Origin: an uncultured Saprospiraceae bacterium
Lineage (GTDB): Bacteria; Bacteroidota; Bacteroidia; Chitinophagales; Saprospiraceae
Length of the DNA: 64,000 bases
Reading direction: 5' to 3'
Assembly: GCA_964423575.1 (NCBI GenBank)
Contig: CAYRFF010000008.1
Coordinates: forward strand, 10,669-74,668
The notes beneath the pieces are model-generated. The model did no database searches. It saw nothing but the letters and a program-made list of their open reading frames with translations, and was not told where the DNA came from. This document shows, in pieces, positions 40,001 through 50,276 of this stretch; the first letter of the stretch is position 1, and every line of letters begins with the position of its first letter. Made by a program: the position numbers and the translations under genes.

Positions 40001-41892
40001 AGCTGGATAATATTCAGGGAACCCTGGAAGTAGAAGACTTTAAAATCAATAATGATCCTTATGGTCTGGTAACTCTGCAGGTTATTGATGATGGAACCGG
40101 AACAAAGAGTGAGGTGGAATTGCGCGCGATTCACAATAACCAAAAAATCTTTGCTGATGGATATGTCAACCCAAGAAACACTGAAGAATTTTATGACCTC
40201 GATGTAAAAGCGGAAGAAATGCCCTTTACTATTCTTCAATACCTCCTATATGAAAGCATATCAAATACTAGTGGCAAAGTGGATGGTAATGTGAAAGTTA
40301 CTGGCGCTATAGATGCTCCGGCAGTTGCAGGGAAAGGGAAACTTTATGACGCAAAGACAAAATTTGATGAACTAGGTGTAACTTATTATGTCAAGGATGC
40401 CGATTTCAGTGTGTCACCGACTTTTATTGATCTGTCCGGAGGTGAGGTCTATGATAAATATGATAATGTAGCTCATATTCAGGGAGGATTGACTCATAAT
40501 AACTTCGATGATTTTGGCGCCGAAATTTCAATCAATACCAAGAAATTTCTGTTAATGGACACAGACAAAGAAATCAACTCTTTTTATTATGGCAGAATTA
40601 TTGGCTCTGCAGATGTGGCAATTAACGGATTATTTTCTCAGATCGATATCAATATAGTTGCTGAAAATGCTGAAAACACTGAATTCTATATGTCTTTATT
40701 TGATGAAGAAGAAATAGAAGACGCTGCATTCGTTCGCTTTGTCGGAGGTGACGATACTGATGAAGACCTGACAACTTCAATAGAAACTCCTGAAGGACTA
40801 AATCTGAGATTGAACCTTACGGCAAATGATTTGGCACGGGTAAAAATTTTCATGGACGAGGGCGATGAAAACTACATTGAAGCAAATGGTAGAGGGAATA
40901 TAATTTTGGATTTACATCGAACAGGCGATATCAGTATGTTCGGTACATATAAAATAAATACAGGTACATACAGATACTCTTCCTTTAACCTGATCAAACG
41001 TACTTTCAGAGTAAGAGAGGGAGGTTATGTTCAATGGACAGGAAGCCCTTACGATGCGACTATGAATATTGTGGCAGATTATGGGACCAATGCTTCACCA
41101 CATTCAATCCTCACGGGTTATAATATTACTCGTCAGGAAGTCCCGCAGACACCTGTGCATGTGCTTATTTATCTAAATGGTCCGATCCTGCATCCGAGTA
41201 TTGATTTTGACCTTGAGATTCCGGATGTGCCCGGAAATATCCGACCGTATGTTGATAACGCGCTTACATCTCTGCGCGCGGATCAATCCAAACTGGAATT
41301 TCAGGCACTTTCTTTAATTACTTTGGGAGATTTCTGGCCGGATGAAAGTTCAGGTTCAGGTATCGTTTATTCAGGGAGCGCAAATACCATTTCTGCATTT
41401 CTCTCAAGCCAGGTTTCTAACTTTCTATCGACAATCGTGAATGAAGCATTGAGAAATGTTGGCTTTATAGATTACATTGATGTCGACGTGAATTATACGA
41501 TAAACAATGAGATTGACCTGGACAACTTAGGAGGCCCCGATGGCGTACCACAACTAGGTACTAATGAAGTTCAGGTAAACCTGAAAAACATCCTCTTTAA
41601 TGAAAGGGCAGTATTGGATATCGGAGGTAACTATGTAGAAGGATCGGTTATTTCCTCCGGCGCATACGTAAAAGGTAACGTTTCTCTGGAATATATCATT
41701 ACGGAGGATAGAAGACTCCGCGTAAGAATGTTCAGTAATACAGATCAGAATATTGAAGGTTATCAGATTAAATTTGGTGCCGGTATTAAGTATCAACGCG
41801 AATTTAATTCATTCGGAGATTTCTTTGAAGGAATGAAGAACTCCTTGCGTAAGACTAAATCCGAAACAGAAGCAGAGCAGCAACAAAATTGA
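37054..41892 (+). CDS. tamB: translocation/assembly module TamB-like protein
   Basis: 1612 aa with an N-terminal TM anchor. Long beta-rich body and a DUF490-like C-terminus. Confidence 0.8.
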   Translation: MSEEIKNNNENPPKRERDHFLVRVLRFFVRLFLVIIAFLLLISLLIQTPEVQSWAANKASEYLSEQLEAEVSIGGFRLNFLDKLKLDDVLIMEQGDTILYSGELTADFKSPVFTIFRNRLVLQNIILRNTSFIMKRRADSDEYNLDRILSKLESAGSIEKPQKNDGGLDFRLQLDNIFLEKLNFQQLDSLYGTNLYVTVDRGRLQVEKINLKEPEFLFQRLRLIKPNVHLDLYEAAIGPTGIDTAGEVPILFMTKSLRIDDATFSLDDHTEPYYTYPGMSMDYGHMYIKDIIIDASGVKFYDWETTARKLNRISLTTREGFVLNDFHADSIRVHPEQVLIDNGRIITPNSDINGDIQFNYTSFHDWLEFIDDVEMTFKSRNSKVHIHDVINFAPDLYDISLFRDNMNKNIILDGMVEGTVNKLFVRNAYAAIDSTFIRGNVRIDNSASDTEDLFLKIDLDDSRLYARRIESFVPDLKLPDGFHKMGATRLKGKFTGTTDNFKVNTRMKSRLGNGSFDFTMKLKDKIEDAVYEGDIAFDDFQLGKFINVDSIGAITMDMQISDGRGLSLESMHAHLKGKIDSFEIKRYVYHDIDIDGIATNKLFKGTLSIDDENIDAGFEGSVYFADIKKPTLDVDLEMNHINLYALNLYKEPLTAGFRFSGRVDSFDLYNLNANSRLESLELVYKDSMNLNLQLLEVIASSKPGEDNILEIDSDIVKADITGDYSFVKSWGALQNYFINSFPELSKRWQLQIDSTAKETDLVFDINFKNTQGFQALLLEELDTIKDLRINGFIDTGERDMELSIFIPQLNYGDNSFESVSFALFGGDGTGNVVFGINNSVLKDQINLNPISVMGDLTYDTLSFNLNLADYNKAKDNFNMDGFLYPTKDKYAMVFKDRHIHLFNNDWNISAQNMIEFGKNYLSVDSLNLTFEDKVIAFQSDRPNHLDFTLENISLATFNKNIKNDSLNIYGNMNLNLDLNNVYKLDNIQGTLEVEDFKINNDPYGLVTLQVIDDGTGTKSEVELRAIHNNQKIFADGYVNPRNTEEFYDLDVKAEEMPFTILQYLLYESISNTSGKVDGNVKVTGAIDAPAVAGKGKLYDAKTKFDELGVTYYVKDADFSVSPTFIDLSGGEVYDKYDNVAHIQGGLTHNNFDDFGAEISINTKKFLLMDTDKEINSFYYGRIIGSADVAINGLFSQIDINIVAENAENTEFYMSLFDEEEIEDAAFVRFVGGDDTDEDLTTSIETPEGLNLRLNLTANDLARVKIFMDEGDENYIEANGRGNIILDLHRTGDISMFGTYKINTGTYRYSSFNLIKRTFRVREGGYVQWTGSPYDATMNIVADYGTNASPHSILTGYNITRQEVPQTPVHVLIYLNGPILHPSIDFDLEIPDVPGNIRPYVDNALTSLRADQSKLEFQALSLITLGDFWPDESSGSGIVYSGSANTISAFLSSQVSNFLSTIVNEALRNVGFIDYIDVDVNYTINNEIDLDNLGGPDGVPQLGTNEVQVNLKNILFNERAVLDIGGNYVEGSVISSGAYVKGNVSLEYIITEDRRLRVRMFSNTDQNIEGYQIKFGAGIKYQREFNSFGDFFEGMKNSLRKTKSETEAEQQQN

Positions 41893-42013
41893 TATTCCAT
41901 TTCAGAACTCTTTTCAATCAGTTTGAATTATTAGCATACGGAAGCTAACAGAACAATTGTGTTTTTAAGTAGTTTTTATACTTTAAACATAGAAGGAGAA
42001 ATATATTTTCAGA

Positions 42014-44401
42014 ATGAACAGAACATTGATATATCCCGATTATAAAAAGGATGATTTACATTTCAGGGATATACTGGCAGAGATAAACAACTATTGCAGA
42101 TCGGATCTCGCAAGAGAAAAGATAAATCTACTCAGACCGCTCAACCACGCTGACACGATACGGCGTTTTCTGCAGCAGACAGAAGAATGCATGAATGCTG
42201 TCACAACTGATCACGCTCCCGATATTGCTGAACTTAATGACATACTTCCTCACATATCATATCTACGCATTAAAAATTACATTTTCCCTGCTGAGGAACT
42301 CTTGGAAATTATCAATTTACTGAGACAAAGAAAAAGCATTGAGCCTTTCATTAAAGATGCTGAATGGGCTCGGACCTTTCCCTTATTGCATGAGTTTTTG
42401 GATGGCGAATTTCCTCCGGGAGAACTGATGAAGTTCATCGATGAAAAATTTGATGAAAAGGGAGAACTGAGAGAAAATGCCTCATCGGAACTGATAAGTA
42501 TTTCCAGGGCTATTAATGCCAAGCAATCTGAAATTGACAGGAGTTTTAAAACTATAGTCAAGAAGTATAGAGATCAGGGAATATTGCATGATACTGAAGA
42601 GTCCATCAGGAATGGGCGGCGGGTTATTACGATCGACTCCAATTATAAAAGACAGATTAGCGGAATATTCCATGATGAATCTGCCTCAGGTAAAACTACA
42701 TTTATCGAACCGGGAGAAATGATTCCCTTGAATAATGAACTCTTCAATCTCTTTAACGAAAGAGAGAAAGAGATTAAGCGTTTGCTTAGACTTACTGCAG
42801 ACAAAATCAGGGACATTTCAGACTTATTACCTGAGTTTCAGAATAAAATGATATGGTATGAAGTTATGTATGCCAAGGCCAAATACGCCTTATCGATTCA
42901 GGCTCGCGTACCTTCTGTCGTTGATGATTCTCAGATTAAAATCGTAAATGGCAGGCATCCTATCCTATATCGGAAAAATATGCAGGAGTATAAGAATACA
43001 GTTCCTTTCACTCTCGAGTTGATGGGGGAACAGCGAGTTCTACTCGTCTCAGGCCCCAATGCCGGGGGGAAATCTATTCTTCTCAAAGCAGTGGGCCTAC
43101 TTCAGATGATGGTGCAAGCGGGAATTCCCGTACCTGTGGACATGTCTTCAGAATTTGGGATATTCACCAAGTTCTTTATCGATATCGGCGATCAGCAGTC
43201 CGTAGAGGATGATTTATCGACCTACAGTTCTCATCTGACTAATATGAACATTGCCTTAAAAAAGTCCGATAAAAGAAGCCTTATCCTCTTTGATGAATTT
43301 GGTACCGGAACAGACCCTCAGATGGGTGGTGCCATTGCACAGGCAATATTGCAACAACTGATGCGTAGAAATGTGTATGGCCTTATAACAACGCACTACG
43401 GAAACCTGAAAGGATTTGCTGCAAAGCATAAAAACATTGTAAACGGCGCCTTGCTTTTTAACGATAAAGAACTTGCACCGACCTACAGATTAAAAATAGG
43501 GGAACCTGGATCTTCATACGCTTACGAGATTGCCAGAAATATTGGCTTGCCTGAACACTTAATCAAGCAGGCTAGGAAAATTGCCGGCGTGCAAGTCAGT
43601 GATATAGATGATCTTTTGCATAAGTTGCAGCAAGAAAGTCGCCGCATCGAAGAGAAAACCCTGGAACTTGAAAATAGAGAGAAACTGCTTGATAACTTAA
43701 GTAATACCTATAATCATCTTCAGGAAGAGCTCGAGATCAGACGTAAACGGATGAAAATGGAGGCAAAAGAAAATGCCTTACAATATCTGCTTACGCAAAA
43801 GAAGGAATTAAGCGAACTCATAAATAAAGTCCGGGAAGAAGAGAATATACGACAAGCAGAAGAATTACAAAAGAGAATCGCAGAAGAACAAGTTAAGCTT
43901 GTTGAAGATATCCGCACTATGGAAGACCAGGTTCTGCAATCAGATGAGAGCAGCGGCACAATAGAGGAAGGCAGTTATGTTAAAATGCGGAAAGGAGAAG
44001 GCCTTACGGGACAAGTTGAGTGGATTAGGGGAAAAACGGCGATGGTCATCTTTGGTAATCTTAGAATGGAAGTACGGCTTAAAGATCTTAAACTTATCCC
44101 CAAGACAATTGATATCCGCAAGGGAACTTCAGGACATGTTTATGAGAAAGCTACCAATATTCAGTCAAAGCTGGATATCAGAGGATTAGATAAAAGAGAA
44201 GCAATGGATTTACTGGAAGCATTTCTCGATAAAGCGATTATTGCAGATCTACTGTCGGTTGAAATCATCCATGGAAAAGGGACAGGAGTTCTGAGAGAAT
44301 TGACAAGGGAAATAAGTCAGCAATACAAAGATATCAAGGAAATTGAACATCCTCCGGCTGAATATGGAGGAATCGGTAAAACGATTATAACTTTTGGCTA
44401 A
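42014..44401 (+). CDS. mutS2: endonuclease MutS2
   Basis: Walker A GPNAGGKS, DEFGTGTDP, and C-terminal Smr domain (LDIRGL...IIHGKGTGVLR). Confidence 0.92.
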   Translation: MNRTLIYPDYKKDDLHFRDILAEINNYCRSDLAREKINLLRPLNHADTIRRFLQQTEECMNAVTTDHAPDIAELNDILPHISYLRIKNYIFPAEELLEIINLLRQRKSIEPFIKDAEWARTFPLLHEFLDGEFPPGELMKFIDEKFDEKGELRENASSELISISRAINAKQSEIDRSFKTIVKKYRDQGILHDTEESIRNGRRVITIDSNYKRQISGIFHDESASGKTTFIEPGEMIPLNNELFNLFNEREKEIKRLLRLTADKIRDISDLLPEFQNKMIWYEVMYAKAKYALSIQARVPSVVDDSQIKIVNGRHPILYRKNMQEYKNTVPFTLELMGEQRVLLVSGPNAGGKSILLKAVGLLQMMVQAGIPVPVDMSSEFGIFTKFFIDIGDQQSVEDDLSTYSSHLTNMNIALKKSDKRSLILFDEFGTGTDPQMGGAIAQAILQQLMRRNVYGLITTHYGNLKGFAAKHKNIVNGALLFNDKELAPTYRLKIGEPGSSYAYEIARNIGLPEHLIKQARKIAGVQVSDIDDLLHKLQQESRRIEEKTLELENREKLLDNLSNTYNHLQEELEIRRKRMKMEAKENALQYLLTQKKELSELINKVREEENIRQAEELQKRIAEEQVKLVEDIRTMEDQVLQSDESSGTIEEGSYVKMRKGEGLTGQVEWIRGKTAMVIFGNLRMEVRLKDLKLIPKTIDIRKGTSGHVYEKATNIQSKLDIRGLDKREAMDLLEAFLDKAIIADLLSVEIIHGKGTGVLRELTREISQQYKDIKEIEHPPAEYGGIGKTIITFG

Positions 44402-44434
44402 AAGTTCATTCTACCGATTCACCCATAAATAATT

Positions 44435-44857
44435 CTAGCGATGCATCTCAACTCCTGCAAAGTGGAATGAGGCCTCGATTAATGCGTTTTCATCGGAATC
44501 AGCTCCGTGAACAGCATTTTCACCTATACTTGTAGCATAATTGGCACGGATAGTACCCGGTGCTGCTTCAGCCGGATTAGTAGCTCCGATTAAAGTTCTG
44601 TAGTCTTCTACAGCATTATCCTTTTCAAGAACTGCTGCTACAATCGGGCCACTGCTCATAAACTCAACCAATTCGCCATAAAATGGTCTTTCCTTATGTA
44701 CTGCGTAGAATTCACCTGCCTTCTCAGCAGAGAGTCGCGTATATTTCATCGCGATAATCTTGAATCCAGCCTCGTTAATCTGATGCAATATCGCACCGAT
44801 ATGACCGGCTTTAACCGCATCTGGTTTAATCATCGTAAAGGTTATGTTACCTGCCAT
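44435..44857 (-). CDS. ndk: nucleoside-diphosphate kinase
   Basis: [10 protein letters not shown] and NAVHGADS motifs. 140 aa. Confidence 0.93.
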   Translation of the reverse strand: MAGNITFTMIKPDAVKAGHIGAILHQINEAGFKIIAMKYTRLSAEKAGEFYAVHKERPFYGELVEFMSSGPIVAAVLEKDNAVEDYRTLIGATNPAEAAPGTIRANYATSIGENAVHGADSDENALIEASFHFAGVEMHR

Positions 44858-44895
44858 AATTCATCTATTATTTAAGTGTTTTATTAATTCGGCTG

Positions 44896-44903
44896 CAAAT
44901 GTA
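44896..44903 (-). promoter_or_regulatory. Bacteroidota -7 box TACATTTG upstream of ndk
   Basis: The reverse complement of caaatgta matches TAnnTTTG, about 38 nt upstream of the ndk start. Confidence 0.5.
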
Positions 44904-44956
44904 CAGTTTTCTTTAATCTTTGCAGCATTAGGAAAAATAAAAGAAAAATCAGACCT

Positions 44957-45997
44957 TTGATTTCTATGGAAGCTATCATGCCGGACATCAACGAACTGAA
45001 AAATATCCTCAACAAGCCACAGGATGTAGTCATACTATCACATCGAAATCCGGACGGAGACGCTCTGGGTTCATCAATAGGCTTGTCGCGAATTCTTCAG
45101 AAAATGCATCATTCTGTAACTGTTGTGTTGCCCAGTGAGTATCCTCTGGTCTTCAGCTGGATGCCGGAAGTCAAGGATATTATCGTATTTGATGTGGATT
45201 CAGCTGCAAGTATAGCAGCAGTAAAAAAGGCAAGTGTAATAGTCTGTGTAGACTTTAACGGACTTGACAGGATTGATAAACTCGGTGAAGAAGTGAATCA
45301 GGTCAAGGATAGCAAGAAAGTAGTACTCATCGATCATCATCTGGATCCGGAGCCCTTTGCGGACATAGTTTATAGTGATCCTTCAGCAAGTTCAACTTGT
45401 CAATTGATATATAAGCTTGCGCAAATGTGCGACTGGACGCGACATATCGACCCGGAAACCGCTGCTTGTCTTTACACTGGCATTCTTACTGATACAGGCT
45501 CATTCCACCACGGAACAACTGAAAGTGCCTTTGAGGTATCAGCTAAGCTTATAGGCCATGGTGTAGACGGAGAAGAAGTGCATGATCTGATTTTCAGAAA
45601 TCAGACTGAAAAGCAATTGAGGATTCTAGGCCATTGCCTGGCTAATCGCATGGAAATTATTCCTGCAATACGCACAGGTATAATCTGGCTTAACAGGCAG
45701 GATTATGAGAAATTTGCTATTGACAGAGGAGATACTGAAGGGATTGTCAATCATCTGATGACGATGAAAAACGTCGATGTAGCAGCCTTTATCACTGAAC
45801 AACCGTCCATTGTAAAGCTTTCGCTCCGCTCTAAGGGCGATATTTCTGTACAGGAACTTGCGCGTGATCATTTTAACGGTGGAGGACATAAAAACGCAGC
45901 AGGAGGCTCTATGTACGCCTCACTGAGTGCTGTTCTGGAAAAATTCAAGAGAGTAGTACCATTCTATATACCTACGATTAAATCATTCAGGTTGTAA
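44957..45997 (+). CDS. DHH-family phosphoesterase (NrnA-like oligoribonuclease/pAp phosphatase)
   Basis: HRNPDGDALGS, DHH (IDHHLD) and GGGHKNAAGG motifs. The start could be an ATG a few codons downstream of the TTG. Confidence 0.85.
   Translation: MISMEAIMPDINELKNILNKPQDVVILSHRNPDGDALGSSIGLSRILQKMHHSVTVVLPSEYPLVFSWMPEVKDIIVFDVDSAASIAAVKKASVIVCVDFNGLDRIDKLGEEVNQVKDSKKVVLIDHHLDPEPFADIVYSDPSASSTCQLIYKLAQMCDWTRHIDPETAACLYTGILTDTGSFHHGTTESAFEVSAKLIGHGVDGEEVHDLIFRNQTEKQLRILGHCLANRMEIIPAIRTGIIWLNRQDYEKFAIDRGDTEGIVNHLMTMKNVDVAAFITEQPSIVKLSLRSKGDISVQELARDHFNGGGHKNAAGGSMYASLSAVLEKFKRVVPFYIPTIKSFRL
45415..45426 (-). repeat. iterated 12-mer ATTTGYGNAAGC, N=C
   Basis: Exact match. Inside the DHH phosphoesterase CDS, antisense. 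Confidence 0.8.
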
Positions 45998-46008
45998 ATT
46001 CTGCATAT

Positions 46009-46839
46009 ATGAAGAGTTTTTACATGCTGTATATAGTATCGGCTGTGTTATTTATTTCAGCTTGCGCAAATGTAGAGGATAATAAACTCTTTCATAAGGA
46101 TCACGTTTTAACTTTAAGCAGGAGTGTATTAGATGCTGATATTCAAGGCGATAGGGTAGTGTACTTTAATTATTTAACTGACAGCAATAGCAAGCAAAAT
46201 AAAAGCCTTGCATATTTACTTCCGGGAGAGGATAATATCAAATCAAGCAATAACCCGTTGATTTATGCACTGGGTATCGGGCAAGCAGGAGATACTATAA
46301 GAATAGAATCAGCTAAAAAATCAAATGCTGACTTAGATTCGAATCTTCCTTTTAGCATCGCAATCGAGGAAATAGTCAGCAAACACACATTTGCCGAAAG
46401 GCAGATAATCAAAGAATATGGCTTTCTTCCGGATACACTACTTACTGATATTGAGAAGAAAGAGATACTGGATTACGCGCGTATTGCAATACATGACAAA
46501 ATACAACATTGTACTCACCTGGGAGAGGATGTTTATCTGTGCACTATACGAGAGGGAATGGATAACGTGGCAGGGACAGACGAACTTGTCGCTATATACT
46601 ATTCTGCGATTTTACAGGATGAATTTAAAGAGGTGGACGGGAACTATAATACGGAAAAACCATTTATTATACAAGCAGGCACCAGTGAAGTAATTGCTGC
46701 GTGGAGAAGAGCAATACCATATATTTATCGAGGTTCAAGAGTACTATTGATAGTTCCTACTGAACAAGCTTATGGCGATAAAACCTATGGGAAAGTACCT
46801 GCTAACAGTGACCTCTTGTTTTTAATTGACTTATATTAA
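46009..46839 (+). CDS. FKBP-type peptidyl-prolyl isomerase lipoprotein
   Basis: Lipobox-like LFISACAN. C-terminal FKBP domain (VIAAWRRAIPYIYRGSRVLLIVP..AYGDK...PANSDLLFLIDL). Confidence 0.75.
   Translation: MKSFYMLYIVSAVLFISACANVEDNKLFHKDHVLTLSRSVLDADIQGDRVVYFNYLTDSNSKQNKSLAYLLPGEDNIKSSNNPLIYALGIGQAGDTIRIESAKKSNADLDSNLPFSIAIEEIVSKHTFAERQIIKEYGFLPDTLLTDIEKKEILDYARIAIHDKIQHCTHLGEDVYLCTIREGMDNVAGTDELVAIYYSAILQDEFKEVDGNYNTEKPFIIQAGTSEVIAAWRRAIPYIYRGSRVLLIVPTEQAYGDKTYGKVPANSDLLFLIDLY
46060..46071 (-). repeat. iterated 12-mer ATTTGYGNAAGC, N=C
   Basis: Exact match. Inside the FKBP lipoprotein signal-peptide codons, antisense. Confidence 0.8.
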
Positions 46840-46852
46840 ACTTTATTATAAT

Positions 46853-47942
46853 ATGACTAACGAAGAACTCAAAGAGCTGAAAACCCGATTGTTGACCTTA
46901 AAGCAATATCTTTGACGTCGATTTCAGACGAAATGAAGCGCGAGACTTGGAGCAGAAAACGATGAACCCGGATTTCTGGAATGATTCATCCTCTGCACAA
47001 CAGGTAATGAAGGAATTGAATCGCCATAAGGAAATAGTAGGGCGGTTTGATCAGTTGGAAAGTGAAGCTGAGGACATGGAAGTGCTCTATGAATTCCTGC
47101 AAGAAGGTGAAGGCTCAGAAGAGGAGATAGATGCCAGATATGCTGAAGTCCTTAAACAAATTAATGAAATAGAATTCAGAGCGACACTTAACAAAGAAGA
47201 AGATGGTCTTGACTGTATTCTGGAGATAAATGCCGGAGCAGGTGGAACGGAAGCGTGTGACTGGGCAGATATGCTACTGCGCATGTACACAATGTGGGCT
47301 GAACATCAACAGGGATTCAAAGTGCGGACCCTGAACAGACAAGATGGTGATGTGGCTGGAATTAAGAGTGTAACCCTGGAGATTTCAGGAGATTATGCTT
47401 ATGGCCTTTTAAAGGGAGAGAATGGAGTTCATCGTCTTGTAAGGGTAAGTCCTTTCAACGCACAGGGAAAGCGGATGACAAGCTTTGCATCAGTCTTTGT
47501 GCATCCCCTCATCGACGATACAATTGAAGTGGAAATTAATCCTGCAGACTTATCTTGGGATACATTCCGTGCCAGTGGTGCAGGTGGCCAGCACGTAAAC
47601 AAAACTGAATCTGCAGTACGTGTAACGCACGCACCGACAGGGATCATTGTGGAGTGTCAGGAAGAACGATCACAGCACATGAACCGCGACAAAGCATTGC
47701 AGATGCTCAAATCCCGCATTTATGAGCTGAAATTAAGAGAACAGCTGGCAGAAAAAGAGAAAATTGAAGATTCCAAGCAGGCTAATGAGTGGGGGTCTCA
47801 GATCAGGTCTTATGTGATGGATGACCGTAGAGTTAAAGATCACAGAACCGGGGAACAGACCTCGCAGGTAGAAAAGGTGATGGATGGTGAAATCGACGCA
47901 TTTTTACAAGCCTGGTTATTATTTAATCCGGAAGCAAATTGA
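46853..47942 (+). CDS. prfB: peptide chain release factor 2, with programmed +1 frameshift at 46910..46916
   Basis: A short frame, ATG 46853...TAT CTT TGA C, ends at an in-frame TGA (46913..46915). Shifting +1 (GAC from 46914) joins the 46947..47942 frame. SPF and GGQ motifs are present. Confidence 0.93.
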
Positions 47943-47978
47943 TTTTCTTGATTCTAATGCAAAATAGTATTTAATAAA

Positions 47979-48587
47979 ATGTCAGAAGACTATAGAATGC
48001 AGAATATAAAATTTGTTGGTAGCTTCATAGACTGGGAGAAATGTCCTCAGGATACTCTGCCTCAATATACTTTTGTCGGCCGTTCCAATGTAGGGAAATC
48101 ATCGCTTATTAACATGCTGACAGGGAGGAAAAACCTTGCGCATACTTCTAAAACACCGGGTAAAACCCAGACTATTAACTTCTTCCAAATCGATGATGAG
48201 TGGCATCTGGTTGACTTGCCGGGATATGGCTATGCAAAGATTTCCCGGGTGATGAGAGAAAAGTGGCAGAAAATGGTCTTTGATTATCTGGAAAATACAA
48301 GTACTTTAGTCTGTACATTTGTATTGGTGGACAGTAGGATTCCTCCACAGGAAATCGATATAAATTTTATGAAACAACTGGGAGAAAAAGATATTCCGTT
48401 TGCTATTATCTATACTAAGGCAGACAAGCTGAAAACGAAACAGTTAAACGAGAATATTAAGAAAATCAGAGACGAAGTTCTGAAATACTGGGAAGAAATG
48501 CCTGATGAATTTATTAGTTCAAGCGAGTCGGGAAGGGGAAGAGGCGAAATCCTGGATTTTATCTATCAACTAAATGATTCTTTGTGA
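47979..48587 (+). CDS. engB: ribosome biogenesis GTPase YihA/YsxC (EngB)
   Basis: GRSNVGKSSLIN (G1), DLPGYGY (G3) and TKADK (G4). Confidence 0.9.
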   Translation: MSEDYRMQNIKFVGSFIDWEKCPQDTLPQYTFVGRSNVGKSSLINMLTGRKNLAHTSKTPGKTQTINFFQIDDEWHLVDLPGYGYAKISRVMREKWQKMVFDYLENTSTLVCTFVLVDSRIPPQEIDINFMKQLGEKDIPFAIIYTKADKLKTKQLNENIKKIRDEVLKYWEEMPDEFISSSESGRGRGEILDFIYQLNDSL

Positions 48588-50275
48588 GTAACGGCATATT
48601 AAAGGAACCCATATTCAGAGAGCGATTATACCCCAATCTAAAAGACTGGAGTATTTATAAATTCCATAAAGACAGAGCCGGCTTTATCAAGGAGTTAAAC
48701 AAGTTCAGTCAGGAGACCATCATCGAGCATAATGGGATAGATAACCTCGGAGAACTGATTAACAAATGTATATACCAGGAGGAATCCCGCCTACGCAATA
48801 AACCGTGGAAAGTTGATCCGCCTAATGAAGGCTTATTCTGGAAAAAGATTAAATCCGAGCTGCAGCTCCATGCCAATGCAACTGAAGAAGCCAAGAGGGA
48901 AATATATCCCAAGCTATTGCATAAAATCATAAACAGATATTCAGAAGAAATAGTAGGTGACTATAAGATGTCTACATTTCTCTTTGCAAGGAAATTTACC
49001 ATAGCTTTCTTCGGCAGTATATACAATAAGGCTTTCCGGAGAGGAATTCCTCAATTGTGGTGGTCCAAGCGTAAACTCCTTGAAAAGATTAAAGTGTATG
49101 GAGAACTCGATACCAGCAGAGCCTTGTTTGAGAAGGGGACAGTCATTGTTGTTCCCACGCACTCATCAAATATTGATAGTATTCAGATAGGCTTCCTTCT
49201 GGATTTTGTCGCAGGTTTCCCGCATTTCAGTTATGGAGCAGGTTTGAATCTCTATAACTCAGAAATTGCTGCTTATTATATGAACAGACTGGGAGCATAT
49301 AGAGTAGATAGAAGGAAAAAGAATGTCATTTATCTGGAAACTCTGAAAGCCATGTCTCAGCTCGCCGTCCAAAAGGGATTAAACAACTTGTTTTTCCCTG
49401 GAGGAACCAGGTCCAGATCCGGTGAAATTGAATCTCAATTAAAAAAGGGACTATTATCTACACTCGTTGAAGCCCAGAGAGCAAATTTCGCTCTGGAGAA
49501 TGGAAATAAGGTATTCATCGTGCCATTGGTCTTGTCATACCATCAGGTATTTGAAGTACCTGAATTAATCGACCAGCACCTCAGAAGTATAGGAAGGGAA
49601 AAGTATATTAGTTCGCGGCCAAAACCTCGTAACTTCAGGCAGATTTTAAACCTGCTTAGACGCCTTACGGTGAAGAGCAATGAAATATATGCTTATTTCA
49701 GCCATCCTTTAGACGTATTTGGTAACAAGGTAGATGTAAATGGAAACTCCTTAAGCGACGAAGGAGAGACAATAGATATCAGAGAATACTTTATCACTGA
49801 TGGTAAACTGATCAGAGATAGCCAGCGGGAGAGTGTCTACACTAGTTTACTTGCGGATAGGGTAAAGGAGAAATTCTACAAGAACAACATTGTATTATCA
49901 TCGCAAGCTTTGGCTTACTATATGTTTGAATACTGGATTAAGGAAAACAAAGGAGTTGATTTCTTTGAATTTTTAAGACTTAATCCAAAGGAATTTCGTT
50001 TATCGGTTGATAGGATGCCGGAAGGATTTGAAGAATTTATAGATATATTACGCCAGAAGGCTGAGGAGGGATTATTTCATCTCGCCCCGGTATTTGCTGA
50101 AGATACCCTAGCTATAATTGAGGAAGCGGTTAATAATATCGGCGTTTACCACGTCAAATTACCGCTTTATAAGGATAGAAATGGCTATCTGCGGACGGAA
50201 AGCCTTAGCAACCTATTTTATTATCGTAACCGCTTAAATGGTTATGGATTGGAAAAGCTGAATTGTTTTAAATAA
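48584..50275 (+). CDS. glycerol-3-phosphate/lysophospholipid acyltransferase-family protein (PlsB-like)
   Basis: HxxxxD motif (PTHSSNIDS) and FFPGGTRSRSG block. GTGA start/stop overlap with engB. Confidence 0.75.
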   Translation: MSNGILKEPIFRERLYPNLKDWSIYKFHKDRAGFIKELNKFSQETIIEHNGIDNLGELINKCIYQEESRLRNKPWKVDPPNEGLFWKKIKSELQLHANATEEAKREIYPKLLHKIINRYSEEIVGDYKMSTFLFARKFTIAFFGSIYNKAFRRGIPQLWWSKRKLLEKIKVYGELDTSRALFEKGTVIVVPTHSSNIDSIQIGFLLDFVAGFPHFSYGAGLNLYNSEIAAYYMNRLGAYRVDRRKKNVIYLETLKAMSQLAVQKGLNNLFFPGGTRSRSGEIESQLKKGLLSTLVEAQRANFALENGNKVFIVPLVLSYHQVFEVPELIDQHLRSIGREKYISSRPKPRNFRQILNLLRRLTVKSNEIYAYFSHPLDVFGNKVDVNGNSLSDEGETIDIREYFITDGKLIRDSQRESVYTSLLADRVKEKFYKNNIVLSSQALAYYMFEYWIKENKGVDFFEFLRLNPKEFRLSVDRMPEGFEEFIDILRQKAEEGLFHLAPVFAEDTLAIIEEAVNNIGVYHVKLPLYKDRNGYLRTESLSNLFYYRNRLNGYGLEKLNCFK

Positions 50276-50276
50276 A

